Shown here piece after piece: positions 1-13,644 of a stretch of DNA of 64,000 nucleotides (its first letter is position 1; each line of letters begins with the position of its first letter). The notes under the pieces were generated by a model that saw nothing but the letters and a program-made list of their open reading frames with translations, was not told the origin of the DNA and made no database searches. The position numbers were made by a program, and so were the translations under genes. The stretch covers positions 254,448,001 to 254,512,000 of the forward strand of contig CM097882.1 of the NCBI GenBank assembly GCA_044892505.1. The letters are read 5' to 3'. The DNA is from Schmidtea nova. Taxonomy: Eukaryota.

Positions 1-375
1 TCTTTGTATTTTCAATGTCTTTGTTAATATTGCACATGGATTGCAATGTCTTTGTTCATATTGCACAAGAATTGCATATGAATTGCAAAGTCTTTGTTCA
101 CGATGCACATTTATTGCAATGTTTTTGATGACTCATATTTGTGTTAAAAAAATTTGTGTTAAAAAAATTTGAAAAAAAATTTTTGGCGCGAAAAAAAATT
201 TTGAAAAAAAAGTTTTGGCGCGAAAAAAAAATTTATGAGTCATTGATGACTCATCGATGAGTCATCAAAAAAAATTCTACCCCCTGGGGAGGGGTCTTTG
301 TTCTTTTTTCCCGCCCACGCCACACACGCAATGAGTCATACTGTCTTTGTTCCCGGCTCCACACATCTACCTACT
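1..375. mobile_element. Right terminal inverted repeat/subterminal region of a Polinton/Maverick copy extending upstream of the window
   Basis: Ends ...CCCGGCTCCACACATCTACCTACT at 375, the reverse complement of the AGTAGGTAGATGTGTGGAGCCGGG terminus at 53484. Shares the ATGA(G/C)TCAT, TTTCGCGCCAAA and AACAAAGAC repeats. 3' flank is TATTAG. Confidence 0.92.
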
Positions 376-1269
376 TATTAGTGTAATATCCACATATGTA
401 TTCTTTTCTTTGTAATTTCGAGGTCATTCTTTCATAGTTTTTTATATAATTATAAGATTATATTATTTTTAATTTCAATATAGGATATAAAATGAATGTT
501 CCTAATATTTAAAAAAGATTATTAGTTTGAACAATAAAAATATATATATATTTTTTGATATTTTTAAAGAAAGCAATTTTAATATAAAATCTTGCGTATG
601 GTCCTCTCACCGTTTTCTTGCGTCTACGCAATTATGCGGCTGGAGTTTGACATCGCGTCGAACGCATAGGGTTGGGCAGTTTCAGAGAAGTCACTTTCCA
701 CTATCGACCCATATGGACGTACCTGTATCACAACAAGGTGGAGTTACTCACAAAGAGTTAGAGACTCTGTTGGTCAAGAAGTAAAAACAATAAACAAAAA
801 AATCCATTTTTGATGAATGTGGAATTTTAAGATTCATAGAGAATTTGTTTAACGCTGAACATTTTTATTCACTTAGTGACCAACATTGATAATATAAATC
901 ATATGAACAACCAGGCATGAGCCAATGTAAAATACAGTAAAAAATGAGCAAAACAATCAAACTGACATACTTTGTATAGTTTAGCAAAAACTAAATCCTA
1001 TTAATTTGGAAGCGAGCGCGGACATATAATGTAAAGGCCGCATAAGAAGTATACTAAAATATCTGAGAAAACACTAAGTAAACAAAAATAATAAGAAACA
1101 CATAGTTAAAATTTTAATTAAAACAAAAGTAAAATTTAATACATAAATATAAATTTATTTTAGTAAAAATAAAATATTTAGCTTTTAAATTAAATTAAAT
1201 AAAATAAAAAAGAGCTTTCTGAATCATTTGTTTTACTGAATCAATTAAATTAAAAGCTCTGAAAATTGT

Positions 1270-1800
1270 ATGTATTTCAGTGTAATTTTCAGTACATTAA
1301 CACTCTTTAGAGAATATGAGAAATTATCACGAAGAATTGAGGTTCTTTCTGAAAATTTTGAAAATATCTATTTCAGAAGTAGGAAGAGATCTGCACAGTC
1401 AGAGTCAGAGCATTTGAGGCGCATCTCTGCCCAAATCTTGGAGAGGCTGTCACACCAAAAACAATTATAAAATGATTCTGTAAATGCAATTCTTAGTTTT
1501 CTTTGGGTTAGAATAATGAGATGACCGATAAAGAACTTGAATAGAAAGTAAAACAAGATATAAGAAGGGTTAGAACATATTTTGAATAATAGGGACCGAT
1601 ACCGAAATCGAGCACATATTTTCTATCGATAGCTCTTGATCCCAGAAAAGATTTTCTAGCAATTACAGTTTTGGAAATAACGCTCACTTTTTGCGAGTAT
1701 TTTCGCCCGTTAGTTACAGCACCAACGTTGCTTGCAACAGGTAACTACTGGTAAAATCCACAATTATTTAGTTATCATAAAACTAAAACCTGCTATGTTA
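1270..1800 (+). pseudogene. Possible decayed MULE/Mutator transposase fragment
   Basis: Broken frames give EHLRRISAQILERL and HIFSIDSS, reminiscent of MULE transposase segments. Weak, by-eye resemblance. Confidence 0.25.
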
Positions 1801-3190
1801 CCAAGAATTATTTAATATTAAATTCTAAAAGTTAAACACTATATAAAACACACGCATATAAACATTTGTATATAGTAATCTCCCAAGACCGCCTCGATAC
1901 ATTTTAAAGGTGATCTGGCGTAGACATTGAGCTAAAACATCCTTATATAATTAAATTCTGTTAAAATTATAAACAATGTAGCTTAATGAATTTTATTAGA
2001 AAAATGACGTGTTATTTTATTGATATTTGTGGTTATAATGATAATGTGGTCATTGATGAGTAATTAAAAATTATTAGGGGTGTATAGAAAAATCTAATAG
2101 AGAGAGAAAGGTTAGAGTCCTGATTTAACCAATTTACTTGCGCATCAAAAAAGGAGATTTTCCATTGAGACACCAACCCTAACGCAAGAGTGCAAAAAAA
2201 CATTTTGTAACTTTGTGTAATCGAAATTTGAAAATATTGGGTTTCATTCATTATTGTCAAAGAAAGAACACTGGAGTCTGATACCAACCGACTATTCGTT
2301 AAGAACCCAACAATATTAAAACTAGATAATTTATATGAAAATGTTTAAAAAAATCCTACAAATTCGTACTAATTGAAAATTTTTACTCTAATGCGAAACT
2401 CAGCTAATTGACCAAATTGAACTTTTACTTCATTTAGTACATCTTGATGATTGTTCTTGTAAATGAATGGACGCTTCGCATGTTGAAATTTCTTCTGATT
2501 CAATTTTCATGTAGTTGAAATGGTATTGCTATGATTATTGAAATGGCCATACATGATGTGTATATCTGTCATTTCAATATTAGGGAATGCACACGTTTTG
2601 ACGCATCCTATATAAAAGACATTTGGAATAACAAAATAAATTTTATTAATAAAATTTTACGAATAATTTAGAATTGTGGTTCCCAAACTCTTGACCCGCT
2701 ATTAAAACGGTAAAGTTTCACAAAAAGGAAAAAAGTAAAAACTTAAATTCATATATTTATTAAAACACATTTAAGCAGAAATAATAGGATTAATGAGATG
2801 GATGAGTTTGCTTTCTATTTTTGGCAATAACACTTTCGACATTTACCTTTTATTGCCACAATTAATGTGGACATCTAAATAATAAGATTTTTGGAGATTC
2901 ACTTTGGAAACCAATGCCTTAGACAGCTATTATAAATAATATTTACTTCAATTTCTAAAATGTGTTAATCTTTATAATAAAAACGAATAACAATTAAATA
3001 TCTTAATATATTAAAATAAATACATGTGCCCATTTCAATGGACAGAATCCTCTAAAAATATTTTAGCAATATTAGATCGACCACATAAAAAATAAAAATG
3101 CAGTTATTTACATGGGACAACGATATCTTTACACGCTAAATTCAAAAAAAATAAGTGAGAACAAGATAAAAATTAATTAATAATGTTATA

Positions 3191-3663
3191 CTACACGAAA
3201 CTTGAATTGACCAAATTTATTTTCACTTTTTGATTAGAATCAGATCTTGACTGAATAAAGTCAGACCGGCGACTTTGACTAGGAGTAGTGAAATGACCGA
3301 TATTATTCAGCTCATGATTCATGTCAAGATTGGTAATGCTCGGCGCATGAATGAATGCATATTTATGCTCTTGATCAGTCTCATAGAAATTATCACTGTT
3401 TTCACTGAAAGTCTTTTTACGGACTTGCATAGTTGAGTTAGACATTTGATGCTTAGACGGATTCCAAGATTCCACGGAATTGAAAGCCGAAAACTCTTGA
3501 TTGTCTTTGTCGGGAGTTGGAGTGTTAGATTTCGGCTGGAATGAAGAATAATTGTCTGTGAGCAATGTGTGACTGAATTGATATGAATTGTCAATCGGAG
3601 GAAAGCAGTTGTTTTTTACCAGCATCAAATTTGTGTAGTTTGGTTGAAAAGTTCCAATGGCTA
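3191..3663 (-). CDS. Candidate terminal coding exon (Ser/Thr/Asn-rich), possibly the cytoplasmic tail of the protocadherin
   Basis: Open for ~157 codons in stop-rich DNA. Preceded by TTTTAG|TAG acceptor(s) giving phase 1, matching the phase-1 donor at 27653. Linkage to the protocadherin is inferred. Confidence 0.5.
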
Positions 3664-4911
3664 CTAAAATTATTAAAATGTGTCAACAACTTAGAATTAG
3701 TCAGAGAATATAATAAAACAAATTTCTAAATCCCTTTGTGAAAATTAGTCTATTTTTTAACTCTTTCTATTAACTTCTAATTTCGGTTTTCTTGTCAAAC
3801 TTTGGATCGATTTTTAACCCGCTTCCCGATATCCAATCGATCTGAAAATTTGCGAGCAGACTCGTGGTGGCCCACAAATTATTCCATTGAAAAATTGAAA
3901 AATTTTAAAAAATTTTGAAAAATTTTGAAAAACTTTGAAACAATGTGATTTTTCAATTTACTGTTGCCAAGAAACTACCAAACAATGAAACAACAATAAA
4001 ATTAACCGAGAACATGAGAAAAAGAAGGATTTACATTAAAAACTTGTTTTTATGGGTTCCTTTTTATTCTGATTGCAATGCAAAAATGTCTCAGGTCCGA
4101 AACCGGTAGGGAATAAGTTGCACAATAGCACTTGGTGCTGGACACATTCAGGTGACGCGATTAAACATTGCTTATTGGCCGCGTCTGTATTGGCATGGCA
4201 TAAATTCTCATCGGCAGAATTATTTCACAGCAGCTCTAGTAGGCCCATGAAAATGCGTCAGATTTAATCAAATCACATTTACTACTGCCTATCTAATATC
4301 GCGATAATGATGAAAGGGCTTCATTGGAAATTTGGTAATTTTTGATTGATTATTTGAAAAATTTATTGATAATAACACTTATAATAATGAAAAAAAAAAA
4401 TAAACTTATATTTATAATGGACGGTTTTAATTATAAATTGTTAAATCGATAATTACAGGCGATGGATACAAATAAAAACAGTGCAATTGATTGTAAAGGA
4501 AAATGGCGACTTGATGGATTGATAAACATATTGAGAGTGCTGAATGATATCTGAGTGATGATATTTAGGCAGTGAGAAGGGTTGGTGTCGGTGGGTAGGC
4601 ATGCGTATTATGCATCTGTGATTGTAGACGCAGGAATATTTCCAAAGGAAGTCGTGAAATTTTGAAATATTTAATTAATTTTATCTCAACTGATAAATAA
4701 AATTCATCTTTAAAAGACTTGGAAAAAAATAACCAAAAAACTATTTTATTTTCACTCTGTAGCTGGCGTGTCAATCGCTGAGTTAATATCAGTAAAAGAA
4801 AATCAAAAAAATAAGGAAGTCAATTTCAAAGACTTCAATCAATTCATTCGGAGAATCATTGAGATAAATGGGATCCGTTTGTTTATGATATAATGATGTC
4901 CTCCTTTAGAT

Positions 4912-5183
4912 CAGGGGTTACCAAAGTGCGGCACTCAATCTGTTGAAAGGCGGCTCGCAAACCGCCAATGTAAGATCAAAGATCTTAATTTTTAAAAATA
5001 TTTTGTATTTTTATTAAAAAAAGAGTTCAGTTCAAGTGAATTCAGACATATTTATACTTATGGTTTCCTAGATTCATATAAAAACAAATTTCAAGCAATA
5101 GAAAATATAACTTCTCAGTAAACTTTACCGTTTTATTTAATAGATAATGTAATTATAATATACATGTATTATAATGTACATAC

Positions 5184-5247
<64 letters not shown>

Positions 5248-5330
5248 TTGATAAAGGCTGTGCCGAAATATTGTGTTATTGTTTATAAAAAAAAAAATTT
5301 TGATCTATAGTCATTATGAGAATTATTGAT

Positions 5331-5378
<48 letters not shown>

Positions 5379-5472
5379 CAATCTATTATTTTTTAAAAAC
5401 ATTTGTATTTTGGCCCCCAAATATTTTAAGATTTAGAATATGGCCCCTTAAGTAAAACTTTGGGAACTCCTG
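4912..5472. mobile_element. hAT-type MITE containing (TA)n tracts and a nested hammerhead-like repeat
   Basis: TIRs CAGGGGTTACCAAAGT / AACTTTGGGAACTCCTG; 8-bp TSD CTTTAGAT/CTTTAGAG. Confidence 0.85.
5241..5280 (+). ncRNA. Candidate minimal type I hammerhead ribozyme, U3-A8 variant
   Basis: ACAC-TTGATAA-A-GGC(TGT)GCC-GAA-ATAT-T-GTGT: stem I ACAC/GTGT, stem II GGC/GCC, palindromic stem III ATAT, AUU cleavage triplet. Confidence 0.6.
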
Positions 5473-6631
5473 CTTTAGAGGATGCTAGGCTAGTTTTTAA
5501 TGGCGATGTCAAAAGATTACGAAAATTATTTCGAGTGAAATTTCTTTCAAATGTACATCGGAAATATTTTTAATGTAAAATATATTTTAAAGCATTTCAT
5601 TGAAATTGAAATAAGTTTCCGAAGATCTTTTCATTTTTTTATAATGACTAAATCGTTTTTTAAAGTACGTGAATTTTCGGTACAGCCTTTTTCAAGAGTG
5701 TATCCAAAGATCTCACTATTAACCCCCCATAACCAGTGGAAACATGAAAATAACGTTTTAATGATTCTTTACATTTTCGTGGGCCACGCACGCTATTATC
5801 GCATCAATTGTAATTATTTTGTAAACAATAAAACATATGCTAATTTTTCCAATTATTTCATTTTTTGTACTTTTTGACCTTAATAAATACAAACAAAACG
5901 ATTCCGAGTTTTTACAAAGACAAATTATAAAATAACCCGCGGTCAGAGGGTTAACTGGCCAAGTTTCAGCAGTATTGTTTGATGGCACATAATGAATATG
6001 CTAATTAACATATGTAAACATCGCTTTCATTTTTCGTTTTTCAATTTTAAACCTGAATCACTGACGAATTTGGAAAATAAAAAAATTTAATTTTTTTAAA
6101 AACCAAAAAATAAGTAAAAAGTTGATGAATCTTATCTTGAAAAAAAAATGAAATTCAATATTTAGAAAAATGGAATTCATTCATTTCAAATTCACGTAAA
6201 CAAATTCCGAAAAAATTAAATAAAATATTCTAGAAAAAATGACTTTTTATACTATTTATTTTCTAATTTTTCATACAACAAAATCCAAAAACGATTTTGT
6301 TATTAATTTCTTATTTAATGATTTTTGAACTATTTTTTTGACTGTCGTAAATAACAGATTAAAGAAATTAAAATATTTTAATGATAATTAATAAATTCAA
6401 AATCTGTAACTAAAGTTAACATTAAAATATTTACAGTAATTAATTCTTGACTTTATAATTAGTCGATTAAAATTATTAAATATTTGCTCGAAGGAAAAAT
6501 ATTTTTAGTATCAAAAAAAAATTATTTTACAAAAATCGAAAAAAATATAAATTCCAACTTTTTCAATTACGCTCAAACAATCTTTGTGGTAGACGATGAA
6601 AGCATTCCCAATAAATATGGTGGTCCTTTAA

Positions 6632-6881
6632 CACATACTGAGTTTGGGGTCAAAAGTAACCCCAAGGCAAATTAAGGATTTTACAATAACTGATAACATC
6701 TAATAAAAAATAAAAATTTTATTTGTAATTAGTAATAATTTTATTTGTAATAATTTTTTGTGTTAATAAGAATAAATTTGAAATGCGGTTGAAATCATAA
6801 AGTAAAATTAGGCTTTTTGAAATGGGGTCAAAAATGACCTCAACTCATTTTTAGGTAAAAAAATAAAACTCAGTATGAGTG
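6632..6881. mobile_element. piggyBac-like MITE
   Basis: TTAA on both sides; imperfect TIRs CACATACTGAGTTT / AAACTCAGTATGAGTG. Confidence 0.55.
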
Positions 6882-6943
6882 TTAAGGAAAGTGCATTATA
6901 AACTTTAGTTTAAGCTCTAACTTAGTAAAGGCTTAATAAATAT

Positions 6944-7189
6944 TTACTTTACTTTTGAACTTTTTGTCACAAACTGATGGCCGAGAGAACTTCCTAACCA
7001 GAAGTCTTTAGTTTCTTCAATAAATGCATGTGTGGTCTTGATTATTTTGCTGTAGAATAAGACCCAGTCCATTGACCGATGCCGGCCGTTTGGTTTACAA
7101 TGGACAAATTGTTGGCAATATCCTTCTGCAGTAATTGATTCGTTCTTAGCCAAAGGTTTGAAATACAGTATTATTTTCAGTTCCCTCAA
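6944..7189 (-). pseudogene. mariner transposase fragment
   Basis: IILYFKPLAKNESITAEGYCQQF resembles the mariner IIYxELLxxxxTIxxxxYCxQL segment. Confidence 0.6.
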
Positions 7190-7647
7190 ACTCGAATCAT
7201 AACTTTCTTAAGATTTACCCAGTAGCTTTATGTACATTTCACTTATTAGGTTCTTGGTTTCTATTTCTGATGTTATGGTTTGCATAATTAATTGTGAGAT
7301 TAATTAATTGAATTCAAGATAAAACAATTTATATATCTTGGAAGAAATGGTGAAAAGTGGAAACTATAAAATAATTTTAAATTGACAGGGGTTCCCTAGA
7401 TGGTTTAACCGCAAAACAAATCAAATTAATTAATTGATCATTAAAAAATTGTTTGCATAATTAACCGCCCCGCCTCGAGCACCAGATGAGGACAGTAAGG
7501 AAAGTGTGAAGATCAGAAATGTAATAATATTTGTGAAAATGCGATAGATTCTGTTTTTGGTAATTTGAGAATTCATTGGATACCCGAGAATTATAACGCA
7601 GAAATAAAACCTTAAACATAAAAATTACGTTGATAAATATTCTAATA

Positions 7648-8583
7648 CAGGGGGGGTCAATAGAAAAGCGGAAAATTTGTCAGACAGCTATTTATTTTTA
7701 CAAAGAATAACTTTTACAAAGTTGTTTAAAGGCATATGTTATGTTACACTCATAGATGCTCAAAATGTCGTCCGTGCACTTCAGAGCAGCGTCTTAACCT
7801 ATAAATCCAAGCTCGTGTAGCGTTTTGAAGGGTAACTTGTGAGATTCAAGCTCTTAGTATAGTTTCAAGCTCTTCTCAAGCTCGTTTTCAAATCATCAAT
7901 AGAGCTTATATCACTTCAACAATTCGGAAGCTCTGTTAATAACATGCTCCAAACGCAGTAAATCATGACATTAAGGCCTGGACTTTTGGAGGGCCAATCT
8001 TTTGGTTCAATGAAATCAGGAGTAGATTTCTGAAGAAATTGAACTGATGCCGTTGCTGTGTGAGGCCTGGCCCCATCGTGTTGCCATGTTTATAATTGGT
8101 CGTCCATTACATTTCGTATATCGCTGAACATCTGTGGACACATCTCTTCACAATAAACTTGTTGGTTTATTGGATTTTTTCTCCCTACTTTCAGGACTTT
8201 GATAATATCCTTCAACAAATCGAAGCTCTGTTTTGCCATACCATGAAACTGCAGCATAACAAAGAAGAAATGGCTGCAAATTGTCATATTTCACAAGCAG
8301 ATCTTCCTCAGGTATGTCAGATTTTACACGCACTTCTCGGTAAATGCGATCATTTTGCGTATTCAAAGGTGGTCGCAATGAAAACCATATCTCACAATTA
8401 CCCTTCAAAACACTACATGAGCTTGAATTTATAGGTTAAGACGCTGCTCTGAAGTGCACGGACGACATTTTGAGCATCTATGAGTGTAACATAACATATG
8501 CCTTTAAACAACTTTGTAAAAGTTATTCTTTGTAGAAATAAATAGCTGTTTGGCAAATTTTACGTTTTCTAGAGACCACCCTG
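7648..8583 (-). mobile_element. Internally deleted Tc1/mariner element with ~155-bp TIRs
   Basis: TA TSDs at 7646-7647 and 8584-8585; long near-perfect TIRs. Minus-strand remnants include NTQNDRIY, WQHDGARPHTA and WPSKSPGLN. Confidence 0.92.
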
Positions 8584-8839
8584 TAGTATTATTATGCAAT
8601 ATATTATCCCAACAAGGGCGAAAGATTCGCAAACCAGAAGTCAATTTGGTAATGAAAAGATTTGAATGTATATCACGACATCAAATGTAATTAATTTCCT
8701 TTAAGAAAAAGTTAATGGATTAAGATCTACAAGAATAAATTGGGAGTATAGATAAAAAAGAGTGATGAATTTTAATTTATTTTCTTGTTATTGTTAAAGA
8801 AGATCGAGCAAGAAGTTAAAGAAGCATTACTCAGACATC

Positions 8840-9455
8840 CAGGGCCGGATTAACCCGCTTCGGGGCACTTGACATTTTCTTCTTACCGGATCCCTTCCGC
8901 TCTCACAAGAAATTGAGGCCACACAAAATAAAAAACCAAACTAAATAATGTGAAAAACTAAAAAAAATCTTAAATTTTTATTAATAATAATTTTAAATTA
9001 ATTTAAATTGCAACAACTCCTCATCCAATCCTTCAGTATCAATGTCGGCACCGAACCACTTCATAACAATGCGGTATTAATCGATAGGTCGTCGTCGTCG
9101 GTGTCAGGTATGCTTAGATGAAGAATTGTAAAAATGTTATCAATATCTTTGTAACTTTTGCTTTTAACTTTAAATTCAAAGGATATTTTATCACAAGTTA
9201 CGTAGAAACAATTTCGCTTAAACATTTCTAAATTAAAACACAATAACGCATCTCCTGTATATTTTAAATATTCACAATAACCATATAAAAGCAATATACT
9301 TTTGTTTATTTGTTTATTATATACAGTTATCCAATAGAAAAGTAAACTATCTTGTTTACAAATTTTTTTTCAAAATAGACAGTTTTACCGGGCCCTTCAA
9401 AAAATCCGGGTCCTATAAAATTTGTCTTATTTGTCTATGTGATAATCTGGCCTTA
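8840..9455. mobile_element. Non-autonomous hAT element
   Basis: TIRs CAGGGCCGGATTA / TAATCTGGCCTTA; TSD CAGACATC/CAGGCATC. Confidence 0.8.
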
Positions 9456-9689
9456 CAGGCATCACCTACCAAACATATTATTCTAAATAGGCATCCTTTA
9501 ATCAGAAGAATCACTTACATTTGTCTAGCGGAATTTCAATTGTTACATTGAATTTGGTCGCGAATTTGCTGTTGATTCCATAATTATTGTCATCAAAATT
9601 TAGTGTCCTATAAATAAAGTTTCGAATATTGTTGAAATTAAGCATTCATTCAAGACCCCGAGGAGCCCGATTAACAATGCACTCCTACC

Positions 9690-9800
9690 GAAAGCATCAA
9701 CAACAAAAAACCAACATTGTTGTTAATATAAAACCTCATTTCTCATCTGCAGTAATAATTCTTTTGAGAAATGAATCGGATTTCTGGCGACAAGTCCAAG
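9690..9800 (-). pseudogene. mariner transposase fragment (first catalytic Asp region)
   Basis: Minus strand reads SFLKRIITADEK*, matching the mariner FLxRIxTGDEKW motif. Confidence 0.6.
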
Positions 9801-12800
9801 AAATCCAAATGGTGATTCTTTGCAATCAATTGTTATATTAGGCTTCAAAATTATTTACAATTTATGTTTTCAATTTGTATTTTTAAATTCTTAATATAAC
9901 TTCTAATTTCAAAACTCTTCTACGTGTTACACCATTGAAACTTCAGAGGTTCATTTAAATATTGTAAAGAGACAAAACCGTTTTAAAATTTTATTTAAAA
10001 AGGAAACAATAATATGTTTATTTAAATAAATTTTGTAATTGTATACATAATATGATTCTGAAGATTTGAGAAAGAGGTAAATTAATAAAAATTGCATTAT
10101 TTCAGATCGAAGGTCAAAAACTATTTTTATCCATCCACGAATACTTTAATACAATGATATCCAAGAAATTTAGAAAATATTTAAAATAATTTGAGTCTTA
10201 AAGAAAATTAAAATTTCACAAAAGATTTTAACGGATTTTTAAACAAAAATTTTCGATTGGTATCTTTTTGAAATATTTCTAAAATAGCAAGACAGACTTC
10301 TTCGGACGACAAAAGGCGAGCTTGTTTATCGACATTAAAACACGCTATAATTTGATTTGCTTTCAAAAGCAGGTACAACTTTCTCATTAAAGCAATTTAA
10401 ATAAATATACTACTTTTATGCCATAAAAATTGTTAAGTCTTTCCAGGTGTGCCACAGAGATTTTAAGATGCATTTAATGTGCTCAAACTAAAAGAGAAAC
10501 ACTGCTTTAAAGAGAAATTATTAACCATTATTCACAAACGCTGTAATTTCACATAACCATAAATTCGTTATTACTTGTTTATTCAAGGCTTTATAAAGTT
10601 GGTCAAAATGATGTTATGTCACTAATTTAGAAAATTAATAGTGCAAGATTTTCTTTTGGATTTTAATAAAGTTTTGCACATAAAAATTCGTCATTGTCTT
10701 TTATTATTGTATTTTTATTGTTACTTTTTATAGTAGTTTTTTTTCTAAGTTTTAAAATTTTTATTCGAGTGAAATATTATTATTATTTTTATCATTAATA
10801 TTTTTATTCGTAATATTATTATTATGATTTTTATTTCATTTTGTTATTTTTTCACTAGTGTCTTTTGAACAATTTAATGTCATAATGAAAAATTCATTTA
10901 AAAAAAAAATAATTTCATAATTAATTAATTTAAAATAATTTAATTTTGAAATTTTGCCCTCTCGGATTTCAGATAAATTTAGTAATTATTTTTATATTTG
11001 AAAACTAATACATTGCACAATAATAAATTTTTATGGGGCTATCTAAGAAATTCGGGGGGTCATAAAAAAGTGGGTAGAAGGTCTCAGGGATTTTTGGCTT
11101 GATCTAGATAGCTAGAATTCTTCTATTATTATGTGCAGAAAATTCGTGTTTAAAGAAATAAAAAACATTGATTTATGCAAAATTTAAAATTTTGTAGATC
11201 CATTGTTGTGAAAAATCATATAGAAACGAACAGGAAATTTAATATATACGGAATATAATTAAAAACCGTTTTTAGACAGTCAAAAAAATGAAATTTAATA
11301 CGAGTAACACGATTGCTTATGCAATAAGATTGTGAATTTAGGCAAGTCTTCCAAGATTTTGCTTGAATATTATAAATTTTTATACTATTTTTTCGGTTTA
11401 TGTGCTATTAAAATACATTTTGTTAAACTTTTATAAATCCTTATTACCAATACTTGAAGACTGGATAATGAAGAGAAATCTATAGCGGATTACTCCTGTC
11501 AAAAAGCGCATCACTATTTAAATTAAATAATTTTCACCTATTTTCAATTTACCAGTGCGAGGAAGTAAATTAAATTAGATGTCATTTAACTTTAAATTAT
11601 TATACAGTCGATTCCGTAAAATACGACCACGTTTGGATACCCAAATTTTGTCATATTTAACGGCATCGGAGAATGTGCATACATTTCGAAACTTCGGAAG
11701 TATCATTTTATCAAAAAATATATTTCGAATTGGACAAATAGGTACTAAAAAAATAAATTACCATTTTTAATTTCTACCGATTTTGAGACAGAATAAAGCA
11801 ATGATGGATGATGAAATGTATGCAAATTCTCTGATGGTTTTTTAACACCGTCTCGGAAGTGAATGAAAATAAACGATTCAAACATGAGTATTCGCTATTT
11901 ACACTTACATTTTTTAACATTATGAATAGATCTTTATGTAATACATAATATCCTTTCTCACTCTCATTGTAATATAAAATATTACACCCTCTTGAATCTA
12001 AATGCGTTTTTTATAGAGGGGTAATATGCTTATTACTATCTATTTCGTTTACATTTATTTCGACATTACTATTTAACGATACAAATAATTTTATTCCCTC
12101 TAACTTTATTGGCAAATCTTGTTCCTCCTATATTTACTTTACTAAAATATTTTTATGCTTAATAAATCCTTTGTTGTGTTTATTTGGTGGGTATACAATG
12201 TTAATAAACATTACAAGAAACAAAAATGGTCTCTATTTTTTATATTTAAAATCAAATTAGAATGAAATTACAGTTCTATAAACGTCTCAGCTAAGGATAA
12301 CTTATATTTGTGTAAGGATATCTTTATAAAGTTAAAGAAATATAATCATATTTATTTGTATCCTATTACTTATATCATTATTAACAATACCTTATAAAGT
12401 TCCTATAGCATTTGCATTGTCATCATTCAGTTAAATGATAAGCATCTGCAAACACATCACCGACACCCTTTGTCGATTTTATATATTTTGCCGAAACATC
12501 GAATTGTATTTTAAATGCATTTTTCTTATCATCTAAAAAAAAATTTTTTATTTTTGGCATAAATAATTTAAAATAATTCAATGATGATGGATTGTTTAAT
12601 TAATAATGTTTTCCAGCTCACATGGTCATATTCGTTTGTACGATAACCCTATTTCTTGTTGTATTTCGCGTTCGTTTCTTACTGAGTTTCGTGTTTCTTA
12701 TATTGAAGGTTTTGTTATATTTGTATATCCTCCTGTAAACCTTGTTGTGTATCACCTCGTATATCTTGTGTCTTGTTGCATATACCATTGCGGACTATTA

Positions 12801-13475
12801 ATATTTTCTCTATATTACCCACTTCTATTATGCGAGAGAAACGCTTGAAAGGTTTTGAAATATTTATTAAATAAAGTACCATAAAAATTTCTATGCTCAT
12901 TTTTTAGATTTTTAATTTTAGTTTTGTTATTTTTAATTTTTTAAAAATTTTTTTTTTGATTGGCTAATTCTGGTTGATCGAATGACCAAATGACTATATG
13001 CTCAGGGTATGCTCGTGGTATGGCTCGAGACAGTATATACTCCAACAGGCTTAATATTTACATTATTACACACAAAATTACATATAGGGTAAACTCGGCT
13101 AACTTCGTGATATTAAGGAATTCTCTTAATATTTTAAAAGAAACCATAGATATCTGACAACTATGTATGTCCCGGTATATGATTCGTCTACTAATTTATC
13201 ATTTCAAATTTTGAAATCTGATTGTGAGTTCAAACTTATAAACGTTTAAACCAACCATGTTCTTTTTGTGAAATTTCGTTCACAAACAAATGCTGCGGGG
13301 GCGCGGGCCGTGGCGCGTGGGGCTGCCTGCAGTGGCGGGGGCGGTCGGCTAGGGTCCCCGTAGTAATTTTCGTAGCATACCAGCATTTGAATTCAATACT
13401 TTAAAAAAATACATTATATTAACAAAAAAAGTTATATTAACAAGCAAAATTGTAAAGATTCTACACAAATTAATA

Positions 13476-13644
13476 TCTATTATATATAAATGGAACCAGC
13501 CAGTCCCTTAGGCTGCGGAATAGTTTAATCTAATAGTTTGATGGATAAACATTTGAATAAAACCGTGTGTAAATCTCAATGGTGCATTTTTACTTTGATA
13601 TCACGAATTTAGCCGTGTCACGGAGAAAGCCGAGTTTACCCTAT
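13476..13644 (+). mobile_element. Short Helitron-like element
   Basis: Starts A|TCTATTATATATAAA; ends with a GCCGTGTCACGG hairpin-like tract followed by CTAT|T. Confidence 0.45.

Noticed and set aside
7475-7512. Hammerhead at GCAC-CAGATGA-GGAC...GAAA
   Set aside because: Core U4 is mutated and stem II lacks its 3' strand; at best a dead remnant.
12100-12900. LINE reverse-transcriptase remnant (also 46420-46770)
   Set aside because: Only vague by-eye resemblance with many stops; needs a translated HMM search.
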